Shown in pieces: positions 8,165 to 19,005 of a DNA stretch of 49,617 nt. Every line of letters begins with the position of its first letter. Position 1 is the stretch's first letter. A program made the translations under genes and the position numbers. The notes under the pieces are model-generated. The model did not search any database. It worked only from the letters and a program-made list of their open reading frames with translations, and had not been told where the DNA came from. This DNA is from a virus (Duplodnaviria; Caudoviricetes), in IMG/VR virus record IMGVR_UViG_3300031953_000026, positions 1 to 49,617 of that record, one strand, 5' to 3'.

Positions 8165-9026
8165 TGTCTATGATAAATTGTTTCTCAGTTCCTGTAAATA
8201 ACTGAGGATTGATAATCACGTGTTCAAATTCCGCAGAAATATCCGCTACCGTATCAAAACCCGTATTATTCCTACCACCTAAAGCCCATACCGTAGTTGG
8301 ATTGTATGCCGTTATACTTGAAAGCACATCTCCTGTGGATGGGATTTCTGTAACTCCATCGTAGAATTTAACAACCCCTGTTGCCTTGTCTATCTCTATA
8401 AAGAAATCTTTAACAGGGTAAGGACCTGCCCCTGAGAAAACTGCTGCATCAGAAGTATTTACTGCTAATGTAGTAGTCCCCATTTTGGTTAATACCTGTA
8501 ATTTATTGGCTGCGTTTATCGCAGCGACAAAAAAGTGGTTTCCCGAACTTTGTCCAAACATATAACAGTTCGTATCTATCTCTAAAGGCTTCATCCTTAC
8601 GAACACGGAAATCCCATCGGTGGCAGCGTTCAAGAAACTCATTGTACTTCCTAATGAAATTCCATCATTTTCTGCCCGTAGTGTTTTTAGTTTCGTGCCT
8701 GCGATATATTCGGGCGTTCCTGAGGTTATCCCTGTTATATAATTTCCTTTTGCTCCATATTCCCCTGTAAACACACCAACTGTTTTATTGGTGAAGTTGT
8801 ACCATTCTCCTGTGGGTTGGATTTTACTTACCACAGTTGATGTTGCTGCATTAACCGTTATATTTTTAACCGTAGATGTTTGTTTTTCCACCCCATCTAC
8901 AAAACTCTTACAAGTAATTGTGTGCGCTCCTGCGGTTGCACCGTTCCAAGTAAATGGATATGTAGGTGCGACTGTTCCCTCTCCTATCAATGTTCCTTCG
9001 TGGTAATATTTTACTGTTGTTGCCAT
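8157..9026 (-). CDS. Tail accessory / receptor-binding protein: partial Ig-like domain plus LamG/ConA-like domain
   Basis: N-terminal VKYYHEGTLIG...YPFTW...GAHTITCK Ig strands; C-terminal ISVFVRMK...ALGGR LamG-like pattern. Confidence 0.7.
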   Translation of the reverse strand: MATTVKYYHEGTLIGEGTVAPTYPFTWNGATAGAHTITCKSFVDGVEKQTSTVKNITVNAATSTVVSKIQPTGEWYNFTNKTVGVFTGEYGAKGNYITGITSGTPEYIAGTKLKTLRAENDGISLGSTMSFLNAATDGISVFVRMKPLEIDTNCYMFGQSSGNHFFVAAINAANKLQVLTKMGTTTLAVNTSDAAVFSGAGPYPVKDFFIEIDKATGVVKFYDGVTEIPSTGDVLSSITAYNPTTVWALGGRNNTGFDTVADISAEFEHVIINPQLFTGTEKQFIIDNV

Positions 9027-9029
9027 AGT

Positions 9030-11471
9030 TTATAGTGCTGTTATTACTTCTACCCCTGCATCGCTTACAGATATTTTGTATAATGTGCCGTTTGGACTTT
9101 GGCGGATTCCGTATTCTTGAACTAAATCACCCGATAAATATGCAGGGTATGGATTTTGGAAAATAATCCTGAAACTACCCCCTTCTTTTATTCTTGGCAA
9201 CTTTCCTTCTACGGTATCTAATGCCACAAAACCATTTGTCCCATCCCATACAGTGAAGGTTAAATCACCCGTACCACCAAATGAGCATATTATTTCCTCT
9301 CCACCTAAGAATATATTTTGGTTTATCGTAACAAATGGGCTTATTCCTGTGAACATCAACATCTTGCTTTTATCGCTCAAAATCAAAGTATAGGTATTTT
9401 CTGTAATAATTTTAACAGGTCTTGGTACTCCTATATCCGCAACCCATCCTTCATTGGTCAGTTTTTCCCTAACGGTTGCCGTTACTGTTTCAGTAACCGT
9501 AGCGGTTAAATTAATCGGGTCGCCCTCTGTAAATACTTGTCCTTCCGTTGGGGTGTCTAAAGTAACAGGATAGGTCGTAGTTCCCGCAACATTTGGGGCA
9601 GGCACTAAACCGTCAACCGTATTTGTAAAAGGACTGTAAACCGTTGGAATTGGTTTGTTTAAAATAAAAGCATCTGAGGTATTATCGGTAACATTCCAAT
9701 CGGGCTGCACGTTCATTTCTCCTGAGCCCCCTGTTGCGGTGCTTTCTAAAGAACCATTAAAAGAAATAACATCGGTTGCCGTTACGATTCCTCCTAACCA
9801 TCCTTTTAGAATAGTTTTGGGATTGGTTTGTTCTGGATAAGTTCCTGTTACCCCTGTTAAACTCGGTGCTAACTTATTATTCCCTGTGGAAATCATTTGA
9901 AGTTCTCCGTTCAAAGGTGCTACTCCTGCATTTAGAATAATGCTTATTTCCTCGTTTGCATTAGCTGTGAATTGCAATATAAAATCGGTAAAATCGGCTG
10001 CGATTAACGTGTGTTGTGAGGTATTTGCAAGGGGTTTGATAGTTCGGGTGGTGGCTGTTCCTCCGCTTGTTGTAGGTAATAACCGCCTGTTTAAAAATAT
10101 CGTAACATTCACCCCACTTGCAGCCGCTCCCATACTTCCCCAAGCCCCACCGCTCCAAATCTCGATCCCGTCCACCGTGGTTTCAAGGCTCAAATTAACA
10201 ATCCTCATTCCATAGGCTGCGGGTTTCTCCGCTCCAAAATCAAATGCCCTAAAACTCAAATCTGCTTTGGTTGGGTCAAGCTCTGTAAAAGAAACCCGCT
10301 TTATGAATTTATGGCTGCCATCCACCTTTTTTACAACAGCTATTTTTCCGTTGAAAGTAGCATCTAATTTCGCTAAGGCATTGGAATAGTCATTGGCGAT
10401 ATCGGTCAGATAAAACCCGTAATCAGCGGGGATATCCTCATAATCACTTCTATAAATAGCATCGTTAACTGCTGTGTCATCGTAAACGGTATCTGTAAAG
10501 ACTGCGTTAAGTGGAACAGGGGTCAACAAGTCAGCGGCATTGGCAGGGGTGATTCCTAAGGCGGCTATAATCTTCGCAGAGGTCAGGGCATCCAGTTCTT
10601 TTTTAGTCAGCAACGTATAGTCCTCAATAGTTCCGGCAATTGTGCCATCGTAGAAATAATAAGCTTTACCCGCTCCTACATTTGCATCTTCGCTTGCATC
10701 GGTCACTTTTATAACATCGTCTGTAAGTTGTGAGTTTTGATCTGCGAGCATTAAAGTAATCGTGGTGTAGGTGTGATCTACATTGTCGTGGTCTAAGGTG
10801 TCTGCGTAGTCTTTAGCGGCTTGGAGGGTGGCTGTGTCTTGAGAATCTGTATAAACAACAGTGGCTAAGCCGCTTAAATCCTGGTCCCCGGTGTTTGTTC
10901 CTGAAAGGTCGTTTATTTTAGCGGGTATTCCCGATAATGAACCCCAATCAGCCGTAACAGACGGGTTTATTTCGTTATAACTTGAAGTCAAAGACCTGTC
11001 TTCACCATCGTACAAGTAATGAGTAAGCGCAACTCCATCTATGATTATCACATCCCCAATATCGAAAACATAACTGTTTACATTGGTAATAAAATCAGCT
11101 AAAGTAGTTTCAATTGGTTTTATTACATCGGTAATAGAGTACTTTGGGATTTGGCTCACTTCAAGTTTTCCTGTAAGTGGATCTAAATCTGCTTTATTGG
11201 ATAAATCTCCTGTAAAACCTTCAACCGTAGCCTTTAAAGCATCGGTAAATGGGTTCGTGTTTGCGTTGCGCTCATTTGCAGCCTTTACCTCCGCATCGGT
11301 CATGGCTTTGTAAAATGGTAAACTATCCGATCCCTGTGATAAAGATTGCCCAGCATCATTACTGATACCTCCGGCTTGTGGTAATTCATTGATACGGGTG
11401 TTTAAAGCGTTCAGCTTTTCCCCTATCTTGTTTTTAAAACTCTGGAACAATGTTTTTATATCTATTGCCAT
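9030..11471 (-). CDS. Tail fibre protein (mosaic)
   Basis: Fibre motifs KADL..GK...SQIP, NTGDQDLSG, NVQPDW...DAFILNKP and GLVPAP; lies after the baseplate genes. Confidence 0.8.
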   Translation of the reverse strand: MAIDIKTLFQSFKNKIGEKLNALNTRINELPQAGGISNDAGQSLSQGSDSLPFYKAMTDAEVKAANERNANTNPFTDALKATVEGFTGDLSNKADLDPLTGKLEVSQIPKYSITDVIKPIETTLADFITNVNSYVFDIGDVIIIDGVALTHYLYDGEDRSLTSSYNEINPSVTADWGSLSGIPAKINDLSGTNTGDQDLSGLATVVYTDSQDTATLQAAKDYADTLDHDNVDHTYTTITLMLADQNSQLTDDVIKVTDASEDANVGAGKAYYFYDGTIAGTIEDYTLLTKKELDALTSAKIIAALGITPANAADLLTPVPLNAVFTDTVYDDTAVNDAIYRSDYEDIPADYGFYLTDIANDYSNALAKLDATFNGKIAVVKKVDGSHKFIKRVSFTELDPTKADLSFRAFDFGAEKPAAYGMRIVNLSLETTVDGIEIWSGGAWGSMGAAASGVNVTIFLNRRLLPTTSGGTATTRTIKPLANTSQHTLIAADFTDFILQFTANANEEISIILNAGVAPLNGELQMISTGNNKLAPSLTGVTGTYPEQTNPKTILKGWLGGIVTATDVISFNGSLESTATGGSGEMNVQPDWNVTDNTSDAFILNKPIPTVYSPFTNTVDGLVPAPNVAGTTTYPVTLDTPTEGQVFTEGDPINLTATVTETVTATVREKLTNEGWVADIGVPRPVKIITENTYTLILSDKSKMLMFTGISPFVTINQNIFLGGEEIICSFGGTGDLTFTVWDGTNGFVALDTVEGKLPRIKEGGSFRIIFQNPYPAYLSGDLVQEYGIRQSPNGTLYKISVSDAGVEVITAL

Positions 11472-11473
11472 TT

Positions 11474-12475
11474 TTAAAAATTGGTTGCAGTTTCTAATTC
11501 AGCGGCAAGATCCAAATCCCTCAGCGCTTTTATTTCTGATTCCTTTGCGTAAAATGCAGCGGCTTGTCCGTTTAACTTATCGCTATTCGCGGCCTTGAAC
11601 GTGGATTTTCCTTGTATGTAAGAAGCCTGTGTATCATCTGTAACAGATAGATCGCTTTGCGGCCTTGCTTGCAGTTCTATTTGGTTAATCACCTCCGCAA
11701 CTATTTCATCCATATTATACAGCATAACTACCTTTAGTTTTAGATTAATTTCTACCCTGTTCCTCTTTATATCTACTTTGAAACCATCATCTACATAACA
11801 CTGAAATCCGTTTCCATTGTAGACGAAATGCCTTAATCCATCCTTTGCTAATAACCGATTTAAAGCGTTGATTTTGATTGTCATATCTGCCTTAGATGCG
11901 TAGATACCATTGACTTTAACGTTTAATTCCTGCGGGTTTCTGTATAGACTTAACACGTTGCTTTTGTAGGTTGTTTCCTTGCTTGATTTTAGTTTTTCTA
12001 CTTCGTATAAAGTCGCAGTTTCTATCAGCATTCCAAATTGAGCAAAGAAATCATATCCGTCAATCCGTACCGACCCCGAGCCTGAAATTGTCGGTAGCCC
12101 TCCGCTTAAATCCGGGTTTAATTCAATAAACCTTATTTTTAAGGTCTTCCCTCCACGGTAACTTTTAACTACTTTTATTTCGTCTAGTTTCACTTGAAAA
12201 TTCCCATAATTGGTTATCAGGGTTTGGGTGGTGGTAATCGCTTTTAAAGCTTCAGAAGCGGTCTTAAAATCAACCCCTAAGCGTTCGTCAAAAAAGCAAT
12301 CCAGGTTAATATCCCTTTTGCCAAAATAAATATCATCAGCGCTTACTAGTGGCTCTGTGATATCCCCCCAATCATAAGTTGCATCCCCTTGACGTGCTGG
12401 CATATCCAATACCCCGGAAATAAACTGTGGTACTAATCCAAGTGTTCTAAAATCTATGTTATTGAATGTTATCAT
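11474..12475 (-). CDS. Distal-tail-like / minor tail protein
   Basis: Two repeated IDG.DF..FG modules; position in the tail module. Confidence 0.65.
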   Translation of the reverse strand: MITFNNIDFRTLGLVPQFISGVLDMPARQGDATYDWGDITEPLVSADDIYFGKRDINLDCFFDERLGVDFKTASEALKAITTTQTLITNYGNFQVKLDEIKVVKSYRGGKTLKIRFIELNPDLSGGLPTISGSGSVRIDGYDFFAQFGMLIETATLYEVEKLKSSKETTYKSNVLSLYRNPQELNVKVNGIYASKADMTIKINALNRLLAKDGLRHFVYNGNGFQCYVDDGFKVDIKRNRVEINLKLKVVMLYNMDEIVAEVINQIELQARPQSDLSVTDDTQASYIQGKSTFKAANSDKLNGQAAAFYAKESEIKALRDLDLAAELETATNF

Positions 12476-14925
12476 GCGCCTCTGCCTTTATAATTACACA
12501 CCCATTTAAACCCATCAAATATGAAGATCCAACAATCCCCTAAATCAATTTGCTTATGGGTTTCATTTACCCTAAACCTCATTTGTTTGTTATCTGAGGT
12601 AGATACATTTACATCTCCATTGTTTCTCCTTACTTCTATTTTACGCCCTGATGATGGGTTTTTTGGTAATTTTACATTTAATAAAACCGTGTTGTCACAC
12701 GAAATAAACTCATCATAAATTTCACATTGGTAGAATGTAAAGTTTGGAATTACCGTAATCCCTACATTCCTACCAAAAGATTTAAGGCTCCAGAATACAC
12801 CTCCAAAGGCAGGCGCTCCATTATAAGTAGTAGCATTGATTACCCTTCCAACAACCCCGGCAATAAAATTACTGAACAGCCAATTTGCGCCCGATGTCAA
12901 TTTTCCAGCACCTACAGCAACAATAGCACCTACCCCTCTTTTTTGTGCCGTTAATAGTTGTCCGGTATAAGTGTCAACTTCCCCGGTATCTATTCCTGGA
13001 AAATCAGCTTTTACTCCATTGCTTGAAAGTGTGGCACTTGCAGGCTCTTGAAATGAATCCCCTGACCTGGAAGCTGAAATATTTCCGTTTTGGGAATCCA
13101 ATAAGATGATTTGTTTGTATTGTCTATACCCGGCATCCCCGTAAATAGTAATTGGGGAAACCAGTTTTATAATCCCATCCGTTCCGTTCAATTGCGCCCT
13201 TGGTTCTACCTCTGTTTCATCTGTAGATTCATAAACAGCCTGTGATACAATTTGCCCGTTTTGAATGATCCAGTTTCCAATATTGGCATTTTCAGCGAGG
13301 ATGGTTTGGGTTGCGATAATATCAAAACTATCCCCTATCAGTTGCCAGTTGGCCTGAATGAATTCCCCTCGTGTATGATCCGAACCTAGGAAATAATACC
13401 AGAACTTTTTCCCTGATTGGTCTAATAAATAAACATAATCAATCCGGTTTTCGTTGTTGTAGTAATAAGTGGTAGGGCTATGCGCCCCCATATTCACATA
13501 TACGGCCTGTTTGAATTTTATATTGTTGAACACCCGGTTAAACTGCTCATTCCAATAGCGGTTGTTCTGATAGATATTATTCCGTATATCTTTCTGGTTG
13601 TTCATTACCTGTGTAAAATATCCAACCGTTGTTTGATTACCTACATCAATACTGTATTCAAATTCATTGTTTCTTTTTTGAACCAGTGATAATATGCGGG
13701 TTTGGAATTCTACCCCAAAATCATCATCCTGAATAGTGATAACATCCCCTATATTCAAATCGGTATTATTCTGTCTTAAATTAGGGTGATGGGTCGCTAT
13801 CTTATAGATCACATTGGGCTGTGAATATTTATCTATGTACTCGTTTGCCTTTTCCAATAACTCCGCTTCTGCGTTGTCTATGTAGGTTTGAGGCATTTTA
13901 AGATTGATGAATACATAGGTATCTCCTACCCTTGGTTTTAAGATGTCGTTTGGTAGCCTTAAATCGCTATCATCCGTATAAGGTATTAAATCAACCGATT
14001 TTGTGGTGTGGTTGTAATTGGCTATCTCGAATTCACGCCCCGCAAGATCCCCCGTGTTAAAGATTACTTTTGCTTTTGCACCTCCAATTAATTGCTGGTT
14101 AATATCAAAGTCTATCCCGGTATCGGTAAAAATATTGTATTCGGTCAAAGTACTTACATTCCCCCTAAACCTTGGATAGATATCTTCAAAGGTTACGGAT
14201 CGCTCGATAGTGCCGAAAATATCCACGTTCTTTTCAATCTTAGGCAGTTTTAAACGCTTGCTTCCGTATTCGTTTGTGATGTTTCTTTCGCTTCCATACG
14301 CATACAACACGGTTACTAATTCAGCATTAGTCAGGGTTTGGCGCTCTATATCTCTCAACTCTTTTTTATACCTGAAAACAAGGTCTGTTTCAACTCCTAT
14401 CTTTTTCCGAAAAGTTAACATCTTCCCTTTTACAGTAAATTCACAATCAAATTCCCCTGCCAAGCGTTGAAGTGCAGAAAGGCAATTTTCGTTATTGAAA
14501 TTGATGTTTTTAGATTCCGTTTCCTCTACATAATCGGCATAATAAAGTCCATCCGTATACACCCGGTTAAGATTGCTTAAAATACGGCTGACCATATCGA
14601 TAGCATTGCCAAATAAAAAGAATTCAGCCTCATCATCTAACATTACCTGAACGTTCTTTAAGATGTATTGGTCACTCTTAAACTGTAAGTTGTAAGTGAA
14701 CGAGTTTTGGCTCTTTTTGACGTTAGGCTCATCTAAAATGGTGTAGACTGAATCCTTGAATTCCGTAAAATCCCCTATTTGAATATCCAGTTTATCCCCC
14801 TCGGAGGTAAACCGGGACATCATTAAATCTTCACCTGAAATGCTTTGGCGCAATTCGGTTTGGGAATCCACTTCTAAATCGTGGATTATGGTTTTTACTT
14901 CTGCTATGTTTCTGTATATAATCAT
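12472..14925 (-). CDS. Tail tip / Tal-like baseplate hub protein
   Basis: VTVLYAYGSERNI, FEDIYPR and FNTGDLAGREF motifs; immediately follows the TMP gene. Confidence 0.8.
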   Translation of the reverse strand: MIIYRNIAEVKTIIHDLEVDSQTELRQSISGEDLMMSRFTSEGDKLDIQIGDFTEFKDSVYTILDEPNVKKSQNSFTYNLQFKSDQYILKNVQVMLDDEAEFFLFGNAIDMVSRILSNLNRVYTDGLYYADYVEETESKNINFNNENCLSALQRLAGEFDCEFTVKGKMLTFRKKIGVETDLVFRYKKELRDIERQTLTNAELVTVLYAYGSERNITNEYGSKRLKLPKIEKNVDIFGTIERSVTFEDIYPRFRGNVSTLTEYNIFTDTGIDFDINQQLIGGAKAKVIFNTGDLAGREFEIANYNHTTKSVDLIPYTDDSDLRLPNDILKPRVGDTYVFINLKMPQTYIDNAEAELLEKANEYIDKYSQPNVIYKIATHHPNLRQNNTDLNIGDVITIQDDDFGVEFQTRILSLVQKRNNEFEYSIDVGNQTTVGYFTQVMNNQKDIRNNIYQNNRYWNEQFNRVFNNIKFKQAVYVNMGAHSPTTYYYNNENRIDYVYLLDQSGKKFWYYFLGSDHTRGEFIQANWQLIGDSFDIIATQTILAENANIGNWIIQNGQIVSQAVYESTDETEVEPRAQLNGTDGIIKLVSPITIYGDAGYRQYKQIILLDSQNGNISASRSGDSFQEPASATLSSNGVKADFPGIDTGEVDTYTGQLLTAQKRGVGAIVAVGAGKLTSGANWLFSNFIAGVVGRVINATTYNGAPAFGGVFWSLKSFGRNVGITVIPNFTFYQCEIYDEFISCDNTVLLNVKLPKNPSSGRKIEVRRNNGDVNVSTSDNKQMRFRVNETHKQIDLGDCWIFIFDGFKWVCNYKGRGA

Positions 14926-17900
14926 CCTCTTGCTTCAAATTCTAATATTCCACGTTCTACCGTTGCCATCCTACTATCTATGCTTTCTAAATAAATGTTA
15001 TAACTTGTATTGTCGGCTATCTTGCTTAAATAGGTACTGTTCTGGATTGCTATTGTAACCCCTTGTCGTACATCTAAGCGCATTGCGTTTAAATAACCTG
15101 CCAATAGGTCGGCTGTGTCTTCCGTGATATTTGTGATAGCCCCTGATAATCCCGTACGTTCATCCCTTGTATCTCCAAACACATCAAACCCGTTGTTTAC
15201 TGCAATATCTCTGGCATCTTGTAATGACTGATTGAATTCATCTGTTAAACCTTGCGCCTCTTCAAAGAATGCGGCAAAATCATCTTGCCATGTTCCATCC
15301 CCTCCTGAATCAAAAGAGGCTGCCATATTTTCTTGTAATTTTTTGAATTGAGCAGAAAATATTTCATCAAAAATAAGTTGTGCCAACACATCTTGCAACA
15401 CGGTTGAAATGGTATCTCCCATTGCTACTGCGGCATCTTCTCCGGCCTGAAATGCTTCTACTAATGAGTTTCTAAGGTTGTCACCTAATCCCCCTGCAAG
15501 GTCGGAAACAACCCCTGCGATTTGTTCCCGTGCTTTTTCAACCTGTTCCTGCCAGGCTATCGTATCGTTAAGGAGTATTTTTGTAGCATCGTTCACAAGA
15601 TTCTGATCTACTAAAGTTTGTGCCAATTCAACATTTAAAGATCGCACACCGTCTTCTGTGGTTTTTATCAATTCAGGATATTCACCTAACAAATCGGTAA
15701 ACGTATCTTTCTTTTTCTTACCTCCAAACAACCCTACGATTCCCCCTGCAATACCTCCGACTATTCCCCCAACAATAGTTCCAATAACAGGAACAACAGA
15801 ACCTATTGCAGCACCTAAAGCTGCTCCAGACCCAACGCCTGATAAAACACTATTCATATCAACAGCGTTCCTTTGTCCTACCTTCGCTTGTCCGTCTTGT
15901 AGTGCATTGAGACTTTCCGCATAACTTGAATTGGCATCTTTTAAGGCATCGATTCCGCTTTGTATCTTAGATATATAATCAGTTGTAAAAACGTTCTCCG
16001 TGGCGCTTTCCTGTATTCTGATTTGCTCGTTTAAAAGCCTGTTATAATCCTTTTGTTGAGAAATAACAGAATTGTAATAATCGGCCTCTGCGGCTTTTCT
16101 TCTTGCTGCGGAATTGATAATAATATCTGCCAACCCAATAGCCCCGTTAATTCCAGATGTTATTGCTTCATCCGTAGAGGCATCGCCCTTCATCATCTTA
16201 AAGATACCCTCTAATTCGCCCCCAACGTTTTGAAGTCCATCCACTAAATCGGCCATATCCTCAGCCCCTAAATCCCTAAGACTGCCTGATAATTGTCCTA
16301 AATTGGCTGATATTTCTGAAATGTGTTTTTGCCAGATAGCCTGGTTAGCATCTGATATTTTACCGAGTATTTCAGCTTCTTTATCTGATCCTTTTTGAGT
16401 TTCTTCAAGGCGTTTTTTCCAATATGAAATATAATCCCTTAAACTCTCAAAGGTCATTTCTGATAAAGCACGGGTTACATCGCTGTATAAATCTTCTTCC
16501 TGTGTCAGTCCTTTTTGAGCGGCTTCCAGGCGTTTTTCCCACATTTTTATAGGTCCTTCTAAAGAGCCTCTATCTTCTTTACTCGCTTCTTTAAAACGTT
16601 GTCTTAAATCATCTAAGGTGCTTTCTATAAATTTTATAGAACTTGTATTTACCTCAAAATCTATAACGATTGGCGCTGTGGTAAGGCTTCCAACACTACT
16701 GACCTTATCCCTTCCTTTTAAATCCAATCCCGCTGATTCTGCGGCTGCGGCTATCGCTTGTTGGCGTGCTGCGGATGTGGTTTCTTGTAATTGTTTTTGC
16801 AGGAATTGACTGTAAGTTGTACCTAATTTCATCAGGTCGGCAAATTGCGATTGTGCTGCGGCTTGCCCGATTTGGTTTACTACTGCCTGATAGGCTTCAT
16901 ATTGCTTTTTGCGATCATCTAAAGATTTGGCATAAACATCTTTATCTGGAACCCCGGCTGATCCACTTCCTCCTTTTGTGTTTAATTGCCTAAAGCGTTC
17001 CTGAGCGTATTTTTTTATTTCCTCCAGCTCACTATCTAAAAATGGTTTTAAAGATTCTAAATTATCAGTTTGGTTTATTTGTGTGAGTTGGTCAATTATC
17101 TTGCCCCGTGCCGTAATAGCATCTTCAATCTCTTTTATCCCTGACCCTGTATAAGTGGTTAGGTCGGATGCGCTCATTGCAGCATTTATCTGCTTTATTG
17201 CCTCAATTCTTCCGGCTGTGGTTTTTAATTCTGATTGTGATAACCTCCTATTTTTTGAGGTCATATTATCAACCAATAAGGTTTGTGCTTCCAGTTCTGT
17301 ATTTAAAAGGGCTTGTTTCCCTACACTCTGAGAAAGTGCGCTTAAATATTCAGTAGCAAATCCCTTTAAAACGTTTTTATATTTATCTCCTGAGTTTAAT
17401 GTCCTATCAAAAGCACCTTCAACACCTGTAAGTTGTGCTTTTACAGAATTCAGGATTTCATCATCATTTGCCTGATAATCTATTTGAAGTTCAATCCCAT
17501 TATCCTTGGCGACTACTTCTAATTCTGCTAAAGATTGCGCAAATTTATCTTTATAGTCGTCTATGTTTATTTCTATTTGCCCTTGTTCTCCTAAAGCGGC
17601 TTTTAAATCTTCCTGCCTCTGTTCAAATTTATAACGTTGTATGTACGCCTCATTAACCTGATTCAATACATTTAAAAGATCCTGAGTACTGGCAGTTTCA
17701 GATTCAATCCCTCTTATAAAATCAGGGTAATTCTTTAGTATTTCGTTTTTGATCCGGTTGTACTCAGCGCTCCCCTCAGCAACACTTAAAAGTTCACCTC
17801 TTAATTTTGCAAGTTCAACCCGCTGCTCGTTAAAACTTTTCTTTAACTGTTCGCTATCTTCTAAAGCACCATTTAAAAAACGTGCAATCCCACTACTTGC

Positions 17901-18917
17901 CTGTAATACTGAATTCCCTATTTCCTCCGTAGTGGCTTTAATCCTGTTCCCTAAGATAGCCCACTCATTCGCATTAGAGCCTGCCATAGATTTAAACGCC
18001 TTGTCCGCTGCCCCGGCAGAATCTCCTAACTGTTCCAGGTCTTTTGCTGCACTTGCGGCATTAGGTCCGGCAATACCAAGAATGGCGCTCATCGCCTCCA
18101 TCCGTCCGGTAAGTTTCTTTAATTCGGTTTGACTTCCTCCCGCCTTGTCATAGATGGCTTGAAAGGCGTTTTGCAAGGTCATAGATTTGGCTGCACCGTC
18201 ACCCAATACTTCTGAGACTGATTCTATCCCTGAGCGTATTTGAGTCATTGCCTGAGCAGTTGGCACACCTTGCTTTGTCAGGGATGCAACGGCTGCCAAA
18301 AGTTCCTGATATGAGAACCCGGTGGCGGCTGCAAGCGGTGCTGCCTGTGATAGCGTGGATGATAACTGCTCAAAGGTGGTCTTACCTAACTTAACGGTGG
18401 TGAACATCGCATCGGCTACCTGATCGGCTTCCTCAGCACTTAATTTAAAAGCGTTTAAAGTAGTAGTAATCCCATCGGCTGCGGTCTCCGTAGATGTCAC
18501 CCCTGCGGTTGCGGCTTTGGATGCCGTTTCAAGTAATCGCATTCCGGCTGCACCATCATAACCCGCTGAAACTATCTGGTAATATGCCTTGGCTAACTTG
18601 GCAGGTCCATCGGGTGAATTCTTGGAAAGTGCGAACACCTCCGCTGATATGCCTTTAAAGTTTTTTTGGGTGGCATCTGAAATAGTTTCCACCTCCTTCA
18701 TTGCGGTCTCGAATTCCCGCATCATTTTGAATGCTGAATTTGCGATTGTGGCAAAGGCTGCGGCTGCACCTATGGAAAGGGCAAGGAAAGGGTTTATTCC
18801 CGCTATAGATTGACCTAACTGAGAAACGATCCCAACGGCATCTTTAGCGCCTGATTGCAGGCCGCTGTTATCCATTCCCGTTGCGAAATACAATGAATTA
18901 TCTCCCTTTACAGCCAT
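14922..18917 (-). CDS. Tail tape measure protein (TP901-type core)
   Basis: 1331 aa, Ala-rich helical; TVKLGKTTFEQL core motif; Gly-rich TM segment. Confidence 0.92.
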   Translation of the reverse strand: MAVKGDNSLYFATGMDNSGLQSGAKDAVGIVSQLGQSIAGINPFLALSIGAAAAFATIANSAFKMMREFETAMKEVETISDATQKNFKGISAEVFALSKNSPDGPAKLAKAYYQIVSAGYDGAAGMRLLETASKAATAGVTSTETAADGITTTLNAFKLSAEEADQVADAMFTTVKLGKTTFEQLSSTLSQAAPLAAATGFSYQELLAAVASLTKQGVPTAQAMTQIRSGIESVSEVLGDGAAKSMTLQNAFQAIYDKAGGSQTELKKLTGRMEAMSAILGIAGPNAASAAKDLEQLGDSAGAADKAFKSMAGSNANEWAILGNRIKATTEEIGNSVLQASSGIARFLNGALEDSEQLKKSFNEQRVELAKLRGELLSVAEGSAEYNRIKNEILKNYPDFIRGIESETASTQDLLNVLNQVNEAYIQRYKFEQRQEDLKAALGEQGQIEINIDDYKDKFAQSLAELEVVAKDNGIELQIDYQANDDEILNSVKAQLTGVEGAFDRTLNSGDKYKNVLKGFATEYLSALSQSVGKQALLNTELEAQTLLVDNMTSKNRRLSQSELKTTAGRIEAIKQINAAMSASDLTTYTGSGIKEIEDAITARGKIIDQLTQINQTDNLESLKPFLDSELEEIKKYAQERFRQLNTKGGSGSAGVPDKDVYAKSLDDRKKQYEAYQAVVNQIGQAAAQSQFADLMKLGTTYSQFLQKQLQETTSAARQQAIAAAAESAGLDLKGRDKVSSVGSLTTAPIVIDFEVNTSSIKFIESTLDDLRQRFKEASKEDRGSLEGPIKMWEKRLEAAQKGLTQEEDLYSDVTRALSEMTFESLRDYISYWKKRLEETQKGSDKEAEILGKISDANQAIWQKHISEISANLGQLSGSLRDLGAEDMADLVDGLQNVGGELEGIFKMMKGDASTDEAITSGINGAIGLADIIINSAARRKAAEADYYNSVISQQKDYNRLLNEQIRIQESATENVFTTDYISKIQSGIDALKDANSSYAESLNALQDGQAKVGQRNAVDMNSVLSGVGSGAALGAAIGSVVPVIGTIVGGIVGGIAGGIVGLFGGKKKKDTFTDLLGEYPELIKTTEDGVRSLNVELAQTLVDQNLVNDATKILLNDTIAWQEQVEKAREQIAGVVSDLAGGLGDNLRNSLVEAFQAGEDAAVAMGDTISTVLQDVLAQLIFDEIFSAQFKKLQENMAASFDSGGDGTWQDDFAAFFEEAQGLTDEFNQSLQDARDIAVNNGFDVFGDTRDERTGLSGAITNITEDTADLLAGYLNAMRLDVRQGVTIAIQNSTYLSKIADNTSYNIYLESIDSRMATVERGILEFEARG

Positions 18918-18980
18918 CTTCTAAGTTTTACTGCAAAGTACTTTGAGGGAAGGGAAAAAAGGGGTTTTTAAGGGCTGAGT

Positions 18981-19005
18981 ATGCGTAGATACCACGAGTT
19001 TGATG
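18981..19005 (-). promoter_or_regulatory. 25-bp motif upstream of TMP (copy A)
   Basis: ATGCGTAGATACCACGAGTTTGATG; 23/25 identical to 27100-27124. Confidence 0.65.

Noticed and set aside
7247-14925. Diversity-generating retroelement or invertible tail-fibre shufflon
   Set aside because: No reverse transcriptase or invertase gene, and no template/variable repeat pair or inverted fibre cassettes found by eye.
7319-18813. Numerous plus-strand ORFs in the ORF track overlapping tail genes (likewise within head and replication genes)
   Set aside because: They are antisense shadows of long, motif-bearing minus-strand genes and have no recognisable motifs.
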